Below, in pieces: positions 18,573 to 27,814 of a stretch of 64,000 nt of DNA; positions within the stretch are counted from its first letter, which is position 1; each line of letters starts with the position of its first letter. The translations under genes and the position numbers were made by a program. The notes beneath the pieces are model-generated. The model was not told the origin of the DNA, did not search any database, and worked only from the letters and a program-made list of their open reading frames with translations. The stretch is taken from the NCBI GenBank assembly GCA_041661385.1, contig JBAZUP010000001.1, positions 81,692-145,691 of the forward strand, given 5' to 3'. The stretch comes from Patescibacteria group bacterium. Its GTDB lineage: Bacteria > Patescibacteriota > Patescibacteriia > Magasanikbacterales > GWA2-37-8.

Positions 18573-20027
18573 TTAAAAATTTGGACTAGAATTATCTTTT
18601 TTTGGTTGAAAATCCGATTTTGGCCGGAGAGTTTGTTCAGTTGCGGCTGGGGTAGATGCGTATTCAGTATCTAGGTTACGGAACGAAGCAAACTGATCGA
18701 CGAAGGTAAGTTTAACGGTACCAGTTGGACCATTGCGGTGTTTAGCGATATGAATTTCCGCCATGTTTTTTTCATCAGGGGCGATATCCTGAATTTGGTA
18801 ATTACGATCGGCAGATTTTCGATAAATAAACATTACCACGTCCGCATCTTGCTCGATAGAACCAGATTCGCGCAAGTGAGAAAGTTTCGGAATAGCTGGT
18901 TTGCTTTGTTCCACGACACGCGATAATTGTGAAAGCGCTACTACCGGGATGTTTAATTCACGCGCTAAACCTTTTAAACCACGAGTAATTTCTGCTACTT
19001 CTTGAACGCGGTTATCAGAATCATTTCCTTTTGATTCCATAAGCTGCAAATAGTCGATTACAATGAGTCCAAGTCCGTGTTCGGCTTGAAGGCGGCGCGC
19101 CTTGGTGCGAATTTGCATGATATTTAAACTAGGGGAGTCATCAATAAAAATTGGCGCTTCAGAAAGCGTGCCGATTGCATGACCAATACGTGGAAAATCA
19201 TCCGCTTCAGGCCGATCTGAAAGATTACCGGTGCGCATGCGCCACAGATCGACATTGGCTTCGGAACAGAGCAAACGATCCACCAACTGTTCTTTACTCA
19301 TTTCAAGAGAAAATAATCCAACCGGAACTTTTTCTTTCACGGCCACATGGCGGACGATATCAAGCATAAATGAAGATTTACCGACCGAAGGACGGGCAGC
19401 AATAATTACCAAGTCAGATTTTTGCAAACCGGCGAGCATGTTGTCGAGTTGTTTAAAGCCGGTCGGGGTACCGCGGAGTTGGCCTTTATTTTTGTGGAGT
19501 TCATCAATGCGCTCAAAAGCATCATTTAAAATTCCGCGAATCGGAGTAAAAGATTGTTTAAAATATATTTCCGAAACACCAAACAATTGTCTTTGGGCTT
19601 GTTCCAAAATTTCTCCCAGATCATCAATTTCTTCCTGATAAGAAAGGCGTACGATTTCACCTGAAGCAGACAAAAGCCGGCGACGGGTGGCCTTGCGGTG
19701 GACAATTCCGGCGTAGTGAGCAATATTTGAGGAAGTCGGCACGGCGTTGGTAAGGGCTGCCAAATAAGCGCGTCCGCCAATATTTTCAAGAGAACTCTTT
19801 TCTTCCAGTCTATTACTAAGTGTCAAAATATCGAGTGGTTCGTTTTTGGCGTATAAATCGAGAATCGCTTCGTAAATTCGGGCGTGGGAATCTTTATAAA
19901 AGTCTTCGGTACGCACTAAATCGGCAATTTTCAACATTGCGTCTTTATCGATTAAAAGCGAACCAAGCAACGACATTTCAGCCTCAAGGCTTTGTGGTGG
20001 AATTTTTTCTATTTCGTCACGAGACAT
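18573..20027 (-). CDS. dnaB: replicative DNA helicase DnaB
   Basis: N-terminal LEAEMSLLGSLLIDKDA, Walker A ARPSVGKSSF, Walker B/RecA fold. Confidence 0.9.
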   Translation of the reverse strand: MSRDEIEKIPPQSLEAEMSLLGSLLIDKDAMLKIADLVRTEDFYKDSHARIYEAILDLYAKNEPLDILTLSNRLEEKSSLENIGGRAYLAALTNAVPTSSNIAHYAGIVHRKATRRRLLSASGEIVRLSYQEEIDDLGEILEQAQRQLFGVSEIYFKQSFTPIRGILNDAFERIDELHKNKGQLRGTPTGFKQLDNMLAGLQKSDLVIIAARPSVGKSSFMLDIVRHVAVKEKVPVGLFSLEMSKEQLVDRLLCSEANVDLWRMRTGNLSDRPEADDFPRIGHAIGTLSEAPIFIDDSPSLNIMQIRTKARRLQAEHGLGLIVIDYLQLMESKGNDSDNRVQEVAEITRGLKGLARELNIPVVALSQLSRVVEQSKPAIPKLSHLRESGSIEQDADVVMFIYRKSADRNYQIQDIAPDEKNMAEIHIAKHRNGPTGTVKLTFVDQFASFRNLDTEYASTPAATEQTLRPKSDFQPKKDNSSPNF

Positions 20028-20177
20028 AAGATTGATCGGAATGATTGGTTTTTTAACGTCGGGTACTATCGTATCGTAATTAGCGAGGAACTACAAGAGA
20101 ATGTGGGGAAGAACTGTGGGTAGAATGTGGTTTTGAACTGTTCCGCTAAATAGAGTATAATACTAAGGTAAAAAAAT

Positions 20178-22295
20178 ATGGTCACCGCAGTTTCGTTAAT
20201 ATTATTTGGGTTATATTTAGCTTTGTTAGGTTGGCTTGTTGAAAAGCCATTGTTAATATTTTTTCATTTTCAAAAATCATGGCGTTCAAAACTCATTGGC
20301 GCTTTTTTAGGTTTTATTCTTATTTCGTTTGGAGCGGGGCTAATCACAATTAATTATTACTTTAGCGATATTATAATTGCGGTAATTTTAGTTGCCACCG
20401 CTCTTGTTTGCGCCTTGTTTTATTACTGGGCAAAGCGCAATGAGTTTTTGCCGCATGAAAAAATCGTCGAAGCACCAAAGTTTGAAAAAATTTCGCTGAA
20501 ACAGCTTGGTTTGGTGGCGGTTTTTATCGCTTTGGTTGTTTATGGATTTTATTTGCTCACGCTTTCTTCTGTTAATTTAAGCGTACAAACTCCTTGGCAG
20601 GTAATTAATCATCAATTCATTTATATTTTTATTTTAGCGGTTTTTGTTCTTGGCTTGCTAATATATTTTCGACTGCCAATTTCGTACGCCTTAATACTTC
20701 TCATAGTTATTACTTTTTTACAACACAGCTATTTGCCTCTAACGAACAATTTGTTTTATGGTGCCGACGGTTGGCGACATATTTCTACTGAGCAGCGCCT
20801 GTTCGAAGGTCTAAAGATCGATGAGCCGGTCATTAGTGATGCTACTTTAACCACCAAACTCACTTCATACATTGGACGATTTGCATATAGTCAGCTTTGG
20901 GGCGCGTCGGTGATGCTATCGAAAATCTTATCGGTCAATTTAATTGATTTGAATCGCTGGTTAATGCCGGTAATGTGGGGAATATTATTTCCAATTTTGC
21001 TTTTTGAAATTGCGCGCAGTTTTGGCCGTGGTAATCGCCGGTCGTTATTATTTGTTTGGCTAAGTTTGTTGCCGTTTGCTTTTCAAGCCGCCGGCTCATT
21101 TACGTTGCCGGTTAATTTTGGTTTTTTGATTTGGCTAGCTTCACTTTTGCTTATATTCCGCCGTTCAGAAAATCCAGATCGTGGACAACTGTCGATTATT
21201 ATTTTATTCGGCATTATTATTACTTTTGGGTATACCTTATTTGCTTTGTTATTCTGGGTAAGTTTTATAATTTTTGAAGTAATTAAATGGCGGTTAGAGT
21301 TTACCTGGACAGAGGTCGCGATGATGATCTTGGGGTTTGCTTTGTTTTTACTAGCAGTTGAGTGGAAATTCGGTTATGCGTTTTATTTGGGAAACTCAGC
21401 TATTTGGGATGGGTTAAAACAAGCAATTGGTTCACTCTCGAGTTATTATCTCGCTTCTGGGCCTCGTCCGCATGATATTTTATCCGGGAATATTATTTTA
21501 AATCAGGCGCCAACCTACGCTTTCGTCTCGAATTTTTTTACTAGTTCTTTGAAATGGTTATTACCGGTTATGATCGTATTTTGGCTGATATTTTTTTATG
21601 GTATTTATGTTGTTATTATCCGGGGTTTTCAATCATTGCCGGATTTACCAGGCAACGACCGGGTCAATATTTACCGTAATCATTACAGTTGGCTTTTGAT
21701 TGCCTGTTTTGGTTTGTTGCTAAGTTATATATTAGGAAGGTATTTTTTTAGCGGAGAACATTTATTAATTCGACGGCTTGATGTTGTGCTAGCATTTTTT
21801 ATGATGCTGGTGGCATTTACCGCTTTTTATAAATTGAATTTAGAAAATAGATATCCTTTGATAGCAACTTTTATAATGGTAGTTGTATCAATTTTTATTG
21901 GGGTGTCATATTCGCTTGGGCCCGATACTAAAAATGTGAGCGGAGAAGAGTATCGAGCTGTTCAGTATGTCGCTTCTGAAGAAGCTAGCGAAGATAAGCA
22001 TTGTGTTATTGCCGAAACCTATCCTTTGCTTGCGCTTGAATCGGTTACGAAGGGAGGAGTGCTTGGCGGTGGTTTTCCAATTTCTCATAATTTCGAACAG
22101 CCGGAACTATCTCGCTTGCAAATGAATTTAAATGATATTAGTGTTATTGATGTGCGGGCGGCGCTCACGCTTACTCAAGCAAAACGCTGTTGGCTTTTTG
22201 CTAAAACCGGCGGTCCAATTTCGTATTTTATAAAATCCGGAAATTCGACTTCTACGCAGTTTGGCTCTATTACTATTTGGAAATATTCTAATTAA
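20178..22295 (+). CDS. large polytopic membrane protein with C-terminal soluble domain (function unknown; possibly GT-C-like)
   Basis: ~14 hydrophobic helices over 500 aa then ~180-aa soluble tail; no diagnostic motif found. Confidence 0.5.
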   Translation: MVTAVSLILFGLYLALLGWLVEKPLLIFFHFQKSWRSKLIGAFLGFILISFGAGLITINYYFSDIIIAVILVATALVCALFYYWAKRNEFLPHEKIVEAPKFEKISLKQLGLVAVFIALVVYGFYLLTLSSVNLSVQTPWQVINHQFIYIFILAVFVLGLLIYFRLPISYALILLIVITFLQHSYLPLTNNLFYGADGWRHISTEQRLFEGLKIDEPVISDATLTTKLTSYIGRFAYSQLWGASVMLSKILSVNLIDLNRWLMPVMWGILFPILLFEIARSFGRGNRRSLLFVWLSLLPFAFQAAGSFTLPVNFGFLIWLASLLLIFRRSENPDRGQLSIIILFGIIITFGYTLFALLFWVSFIIFEVIKWRLEFTWTEVAMMILGFALFLLAVEWKFGYAFYLGNSAIWDGLKQAIGSLSSYYLASGPRPHDILSGNIILNQAPTYAFVSNFFTSSLKWLLPVMIVFWLIFFYGIYVVIIRGFQSLPDLPGNDRVNIYRNHYSWLLIACFGLLLSYILGRYFFSGEHLLIRRLDVVLAFFMMLVAFTAFYKLNLENRYPLIATFIMVVVSIFIGVSYSLGPDTKNVSGEEYRAVQYVASEEASEDKHCVIAETYPLLALESVTKGGVLGGGFPISHNFEQPELSRLQMNLNDISVIDVRAALTLTQAKRCWLFAKTGGPISYFIKSGNSTSTQFGSITIWKYSN

Positions 22296-22300
22296 ATAAT

Positions 22301-22702
22301 ATGGCAGATTGTATTTTTTGCAAAATAGGGGAGGGGCAAGTTCCAAGTTATAAAGTTTATGAAGATGAATCGGTCCTTGCATTCTTGGATATTCATCCGT
22401 GTGCGGATGGGCACACCGTGGTAATTCCTAAAAAACATTTTGGCGAAATTGGTGATGTTAAAGATAATGAATGGCAAGATTTGATGAGAGGTTTAAAAAT
22501 AGCAATACAAAAAGTAGATGAGGTTTTAAAACCGGCGGGAATGAATGTTGGGATAAATAACCGAAAAGGAGCTGGTCAGGCTGTGCCTCATTTGCACTGG
22601 CATATTATTCCGCGTTATGAAGGAGACGGCGGCGGTTCAATGCATTCCATAATAAGAAATCGGCAAATTTTTGAAGTTGAAGAGGTCGCCAAAAGATTCT
22701 AA
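22301..22702 (+). CDS. HIT family hydrolase
   Basis: histidine triad HLHWHIIPR. Confidence 0.85.
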   Translation: MADCIFCKIGEGQVPSYKVYEDESVLAFLDIHPCADGHTVVIPKKHFGEIGDVKDNEWQDLMRGLKIAIQKVDEVLKPAGMNVGINNRKGAGQAVPHLHWHIIPRYEGDGGGSMHSIIRNRQIFEVEEVAKRF

Positions 22703-22713
22703 ATATTGTATAA

Positions 22714-24741
22714 TTGGGTTGTATGGATGGTCACGAAGTGGAAGATAAGCCAGCAAAACTTGTAAAACCAACTGAAGAAGCTCCTCCCGAGATAAATTTT
22801 TTTGGTGCAACAAATTTTCGCAATCAGAACAGAAAATTCGGCATTAAAATTGATGATCGGCGCCGCCACATGTATGTGGTTGGCAAAACCGGCATGGGCA
22901 AGACCACCTTGCTCGAAAATATGGTTTTGAACGATATTTATGCCGGACACGGAATTGGGCTGGTTGACCCACACGGAGATTTTGCAGAAAAAATTATTAA
23001 TTATATTCCTGCGAACCGCATTAACGATGTGGTGTATTTTAATCCGGCTGATATCGATTTCCCGATTGGTTTTAATATTCTTGAAACCGTTCGACCGGAA
23101 CAAAAGCATTTGGTTGCTTCGGGGTTAATGGGGGTGTTTAAAAAAATCTGGCCCGATGTCTGGAGCGCGCGCATGGAATATATTTTGAATAATACGATTT
23201 TGGCGCTACTCGATTTTCCCGGTACCACTTTGCTCGGTATCAATAGAATGCTTGCCGATGAAGAATATCGGGTGCGAGTTGTAAACAATTCCAAAGATCC
23301 GGTTGTAAAAGCGTTTTGGCAAACAGAATTTGATTCGTATAATGACCGGTATAAGCAAGAGGCGGTTGCTCCAATTCAAAATAAAATAGGTCAATTTTTA
23401 TCTGCTTCTGTAATTCGTAATATTGTGGCGCAAGTTAAGTCGCGAATTGATATCCGCGATATTATGGATAATAAAAAAATATTTATCATGAATTTGTCTA
23501 AAGGTAGAATTGGTGAAGACAATTCGCGCTTGCTCGGTGGTATGCTTATAACCCGCTTACAGCTCGCCGCCATGGAAAGAGTCGATATTTTGGAAAAGGA
23601 TCGTAAAGATTTCTTCTTATATGTAGATGAATTTCAAAATTTTGCAACTGAAAGCTTTGCTAATATTTTATCTGAAGCCCGTAAATATCGCCTCGACCTT
23701 ATTATGGCGCATCAATATATGGAGCAGCTTGATGAAAAGGTGCTGGCTGCCGTTATCGGCAACGTGGGTACAACCGTTACCTTTAGAGTTGGCTCAACCG
23801 ATGCTGAAATTTTAGCCAAAGAGTTTGTGCCGACATTTGTTGAAGAAGATTTGGTTAATTTGCCTAAATTTCAAATTTATTTGAAATTAATGATTGACGG
23901 GGTAGCATCTAAACCGTTTTCTGCAATGACGCTTGCACCAATCGCAAAAAAAACCGACAGCCACGAAAAAGTTGTCCGCGTTTCGCGTGAACGCTATGCG
24001 GTGCCAAAGGAAAAAATCGAAGATAAAATTATGCGCTGGAGTGGGATGGGCGCGCATGATGCGCTAGAAACGGATGTGGAAGTGGATGTTGCCGGTGCCA
24101 CGCTTGCATCGTCGCCTCAAGCACCGAAACCGAATTCACCACCCCCATCAAAACCAGCATATCAGGGTAATAAGAAAGGCGGCAAAGGAAATTCTCAAAA
24201 TAAAAACACCGGCAGTTGGGGTGGAAAAAAAGATCAGAAGAATTTCAATGGCAAACCGCATCCGGAAAAAAATCCGTCGAATCAATCGCCGATGAAAGAA
24301 TTGTCCAAAATGAATCCGGCCACTCAACCAGCTGAAAAAGTTTTTCTGGTAGACCCGAATCAAAAGGGGATCACGCTTAGCGAAGCGATGGGAATAGTTA
24401 AGGTTGAAAAAAAAGCTAATCCGGCAACGGCAACTATTGCAGAATTTATTCAAGCTAAAAAATTTACCGAACAGCCAAAACCGGAATTAAAACCCGCAAC
24501 TCAAGTACAGCAAGCGCCGAAACCACCGTTAAAACCGCTGATGGCGAATTTATCGGATAAAAATTTTGTACTACCAAAAGCAGAAACAAAACCCGAATTC
24601 AAATCCCCAATAGTTGAAAAGACATCAGTTATTCCACCGCCAATTACCCAGCCGCCAAACTCGCAGTCTACTTCAAAATCAACCGAAACTCCTCTAAAGC
24701 CAAAAAAAATTGAACCAGGACAAGTCGAAAAAATAAACTAA
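22714..24741 (+). CDS. TraD/VirD4 (TrwB_AAD_bind)-like P-loop ATPase with long Pro/Lys/Gln-rich disordered tail
   Basis: RRRHMYVVGKTGMGKTT Walker A, YVDEFQNF Walker B, ARKYRLDLIMAHQYMEQL; no N-terminal TM; C-terminal 250 aa low complexity. Confidence 0.5.
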   Translation: MGCMDGHEVEDKPAKLVKPTEEAPPEINFFGATNFRNQNRKFGIKIDDRRRHMYVVGKTGMGKTTLLENMVLNDIYAGHGIGLVDPHGDFAEKIINYIPANRINDVVYFNPADIDFPIGFNILETVRPEQKHLVASGLMGVFKKIWPDVWSARMEYILNNTILALLDFPGTTLLGINRMLADEEYRVRVVNNSKDPVVKAFWQTEFDSYNDRYKQEAVAPIQNKIGQFLSASVIRNIVAQVKSRIDIRDIMDNKKIFIMNLSKGRIGEDNSRLLGGMLITRLQLAAMERVDILEKDRKDFFLYVDEFQNFATESFANILSEARKYRLDLIMAHQYMEQLDEKVLAAVIGNVGTTVTFRVGSTDAEILAKEFVPTFVEEDLVNLPKFQIYLKLMIDGVASKPFSAMTLAPIAKKTDSHEKVVRVSRERYAVPKEKIEDKIMRWSGMGAHDALETDVEVDVAGATLASSPQAPKPNSPPPSKPAYQGNKKGGKGNSQNKNTGSWGGKKDQKNFNGKPHPEKNPSNQSPMKELSKMNPATQPAEKVFLVDPNQKGITLSEAMGIVKVEKKANPATATIAEFIQAKKFTEQPKPELKPATQVQQAPKPPLKPLMANLSDKNFVLPKAETKPEFKSPIVEKTSVIPPPITQPPNSQSTSKSTETPLKPKKIEPGQVEKIN

Positions 24742-24922
24742 AAACCGCCCATCTTGACAAAAGGCGGTTTTTATGTTATACTAATGCACGTTGGGTAACA
24801 GTTAAAAATAGTTCCCAAGGTGTCGTATAACCGCCATCCGCCGCAAGGCGAAGCGGCACGACCGGTCGATTAATTAAGTAGTCTCAAAACACATTTTGGG
24901 AACAAACAAGACACATAATTTT

Positions 24923-25252
24923 ATGGCTTTCGGAACAGACAGGCAAATGTACGATGTGAATCTTACCTGCGCAAAATGCGGTACACACATCTCTCAATTG
25001 CCATTCCAACCATCAGGTGACAGACCAGTGTACTGCAGCGAATGCAATCGCGCTTTCCGCCAAACCCGCACGGGTGGCAACGATCGCGGTGGCAGAAGCT
25101 TTGGCGGTGCTAGCAATGGTCCTCGTCAGATGTTCGATGTCAACTTGACATGCGCCAGCTGTGGAACTGCAATTACTCAATTGCCATTCCAACCATCTGG
25201 TGACAAACCAGTTTACTGCCGATCCTGCTTGCAGGCTCGCAGAAACAGCTAA
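24923..25252 (+). CDS. tandem zinc-ribbon protein (2 x CxxC-x18-CxxC) with RGG-rich linker
   Basis: internal duplication MYDVNLTCAKCGT..PVYCSEC / MFDVNLTCASCGT..PVYCRSC; tool start is TTG at 24896, ATG at 24923 preferred. Confidence 0.5.
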   Translation: MAFGTDRQMYDVNLTCAKCGTHISQLPFQPSGDRPVYCSECNRAFRQTRTGGNDRGGRSFGGASNGPRQMFDVNLTCASCGTAITQLPFQPSGDKPVYCRSCLQARRNS

Positions 25253-25275
25253 AAGACTTTAAGAATCTTTTAAAA

Positions 25276-25304
25276 AACTCCTCGTCAAAAGCGAGGAGTT
25301 TTTA
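25276..25304 (+). terminator. intrinsic terminator
   Basis: aactcctcg..cgaggagtt hairpin plus T-run. Confidence 0.6.
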
Positions 25305-25352
25305 GTTCTGTAATCTTGATAATTATTAAAAAACATGATATTTTGAGTAGGC

Positions 25353-26408
25353 ATGAAAACAAAAAAACCTAAACAAAAAGTCTTAGTTTGTATGAGTGGT
25401 GGAGTGGATTCTTCGGTAGCGGCCGCGCTTTTAGTATCTTCAAAAAAATATGATGTCACCGGCGCCTTCATGATAAATTATGACGAGCCGATGCCAAATG
25501 GTTATAGTTGTTATTTGCCCGATTATCGTGATGCCGTTCGCGTTGCGGCGAAACTTAGGATTCCAATATTGAAATTGGATTTTACCAAAGAATACCGGGA
25601 AAAGGTTTTGTCATATATGTTCGAAGAGTATGAAAAAGGACGAACGCCAAACCCGGATGTGATGTGCAACTCATATGTAAAATTTGGTAGCTGGCTAAAA
25701 AAGGCCGAGGAGTTAGGTTTTGATTATATTGCGACCGGTCATTATGCCAATTTTTTTAACGGAAAATTATTAAAAGCCGATGATTTAAATAAGGATCAGA
25801 CATATTTTTTGCACCAGCTTACTCTTGATCAATTGGATAAAACTTTATTTCCGATCGGTAAATATACCAAGCCTGAAGTTCGCGCGCTCGCAAGCAAGCT
25901 TGATTTACCGACCGCGGAAAAAGAAGAAAGTATGGGTATTTGTTTTATTGGCGAAGTGCCGATGAAAGAATTTTTACAGAAACGTATTAAGCCGACACCG
26001 GGAAATATTGTTATGAGCGACGGTAAAGTAATTGGCAGTCATGATGGTTTGCCGTTTTATACCATTGGCGAAAGGCATGTCGGTGTAAAAACCGATAAAA
26101 ATGAAGCCTTGTATGTCGTCGCCAAAAATATTAAAACCAACGAATTAGTCGTTGGATATGAAAATGACAAGCTGTTGTATTCAAAAAAAATCGAACTGGA
26201 ACGGGTAAATTGGATTAATCGGGTAGTGTTGCCTTTGAGGTGTGAAGTGCGTCTCCGGCATCGCCAACCTTTGCAAAAATGTCTGGTAAAAAATATTGAT
26301 TCAAAAATATTTATTGAATTTGAAAAACCCCAGAAAGCGATAACGCCCGGCCAGTTTGCGGTACTTTATAAAAATGATGAGTGCCTTGGTGGGGGAGCGG
26401 TAAAGTAA
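25353..26408 (+). CDS. mnmA: tRNA-specific 2-thiouridylase MnmA
   Basis: PP-loop VLVCMSGGVDSSVAAALL, catalytic Cys region. Confidence 0.9.
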   Translation: MKTKKPKQKVLVCMSGGVDSSVAAALLVSSKKYDVTGAFMINYDEPMPNGYSCYLPDYRDAVRVAAKLRIPILKLDFTKEYREKVLSYMFEEYEKGRTPNPDVMCNSYVKFGSWLKKAEELGFDYIATGHYANFFNGKLLKADDLNKDQTYFLHQLTLDQLDKTLFPIGKYTKPEVRALASKLDLPTAEKEESMGICFIGEVPMKEFLQKRIKPTPGNIVMSDGKVIGSHDGLPFYTIGERHVGVKTDKNEALYVVAKNIKTNELVVGYENDKLLYSKKIELERVNWINRVVLPLRCEVRLRHRQPLQKCLVKNIDSKIFIEFEKPQKAITPGQFAVLYKNDECLGGGAVK

Positions 26409-26487
26409 AATTATAAGGGCTTTGCCCGTATAAACTCATTCGTTCGGAAGTGAAAATGAAATTTCACTTCTCTCACTTATTTCGTTT

Positions 26488-26892
26488 ATGAAAGTTAGTA
26501 GATATTGTATAGAGTATACCAATGGTGAAGTTTTTACTCTTGGTAATACATTTGGGGAAGTAAAAGAATTTTTTGCTGAGCTTTTAAAATTAAATTGGGC
26601 CGGAATGAACGAAGAGTGGCAAGATATATTAATATTTTTACAGATTTGGATGTATTATCGTTTTAAAATTGACGGTGAAATGTGGGAATATTCGCGTGAA
26701 TCTGCTAAAAAGTTTATGGATCGAGTAGAAATTTGGCACGATATCTATCAATATGCAGGGCTCGCTAGGAATACTTCTAATTTTTGCGGAAATTATAAAC
26801 GACCTGAGAAGGTCGTTAAGCAATTGGCTAAATATGGTATTGGCGCGGAAATGGCTCGTGAAGCTTATGATCGTATAGTAATAGGGGTGTAA
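26488..26892 (+). CDS. hypothetical protein, possibly MazG-like all-alpha NTP pyrophosphohydrolase
   Basis: EVKEFFAELLK and NEEWQDIL acidic motifs resemble ExxE...ExxD of MazG/HisE family; first gene of coupled operon (TAA-ATG junction). Confidence 0.3.
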   Translation: MKVSRYCIEYTNGEVFTLGNTFGEVKEFFAELLKLNWAGMNEEWQDILIFLQIWMYYRFKIDGEMWEYSRESAKKFMDRVEIWHDIYQYAGLARNTSNFCGNYKRPEKVVKQLAKYGIGAEMAREAYDRIVIGV

Positions 26893-26893
26893 A

Positions 26894-27814
26894 ATGAAAA
26901 AAGTATATTACATAAAGATATATTACAAACCTAAAAATATTTACGAAAAAAAAATATTATTTTTATTGCAGTCCCTAAGTAATATACGACGTATTAAATT
27001 CTTCCATCATTTTTTAGATCAAAACGGACTTGAGACTGTAAAAAAGATGAAAAAACTTCAGGAAACCCGAGGGTATAAATATTCCGGTAAACCAATTATT
27101 ACTAATAATATTGAAAAAGGTTTAGTTAAAATCAACACGGGACAAAATAGAAGTGTATTGCTTATCGTAATAAAAGCGGATGATAGGATAAAAAAAGAGA
27201 TCGATGACTTGTTAAATAAATTTAAGCATTTCTTTTTAAGCATAAAAATAAGCACAAAGTACGTTGAAGATGTTGAGATAATTACACCATTAAATATGCG
27301 TGGTGGTAATGATTTTCTAAATTTATCATTTTATATATCTAAAATTGCTATCGATTTGCTTAAAATTAAAAAAAATAGTGATTTAAAAAATATGCCGATG
27401 GTATTTCTTGGTGTTTCGGTAATTTTTGATCTGGAAAAAAAGTTTAAAAAAAAATATATATTTAAAAAAATAATTCACCAGTATCGCCTGTACTTAAATA
27501 AATATTTTATGTTTAATGAAAATGAGATGCTGTCTTTGAATAAAGCTAGTGAAAAATATGTTGGTATTTTAACTAAAGTTGACAAGTGTGAGTTTGATTT
27601 TCAGAATGGAGTGGTTTATAAATATTTTATTAACGGTATATATGATTATTTTAACAAGAGTAACCACCTAAAAAGAGTTGAAAATAATAACAAAAAGAGG
27701 CAACTATCGTGGCAATTTTTTCACTGGTTTAATAACTCACTGAATATCCATTTCGCCAAGGAAGTATTGTTGGTATTTGTGCTAATGAAATATTATGAGA
27801 GTAAAAAATCATGA
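26894..27814 (+). CDS. hypothetical Lys/Asn/Ile-rich protein (AT-rich island)
   Basis: strongly AT-biased codon usage unlike flanking genes; no motif. Confidence 0.4.
   Translation: MKKVYYIKIYYKPKNIYEKKILFLLQSLSNIRRIKFFHHFLDQNGLETVKKMKKLQETRGYKYSGKPIITNNIEKGLVKINTGQNRSVLLIVIKADDRIKKEIDDLLNKFKHFFLSIKISTKYVEDVEIITPLNMRGGNDFLNLSFYISKIAIDLLKIKKNSDLKNMPMVFLGVSVIFDLEKKFKKKYIFKKIIHQYRLYLNKYFMFNENEMLSLNKASEKYVGILTKVDKCEFDFQNGVVYKYFINGIYDYFNKSNHLKRVENNNKKRQLSWQFFHWFNNSLNIHFAKEVLLVFVLMKYYESKKS

Noticed and set aside
20028-20177. Three TGTGG-containing direct repeats (ATGTGGGGAAGAACTGTGGGTAGAATGTGGTTTTGAACTGT) between dnaB and the membrane-protein gene as possible DnaA boxes/oriC
   Set aside because: Matches to TGTGNATAA are partial, there is no AT-rich DUE or dnaA nearby, and it is more simply a promoter region.
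23990-24741. Repetitive Pro/Lys/Gln-rich coding tail of the VirD4-like gene considered as a possible repeat array/CRISPR-like feature
   Set aside because: It is in-frame low-complexity protein sequence without regular repeat-spacer periodicity.
26409-26487. Hairpin ggaagtgaaaatgaaatttcacttc with an embedded 11-codon ORF, as a possible precursor peptide upstream of the rSAM operon
   Set aside because: Too short and better explained as the mnmA terminator stem-loop.
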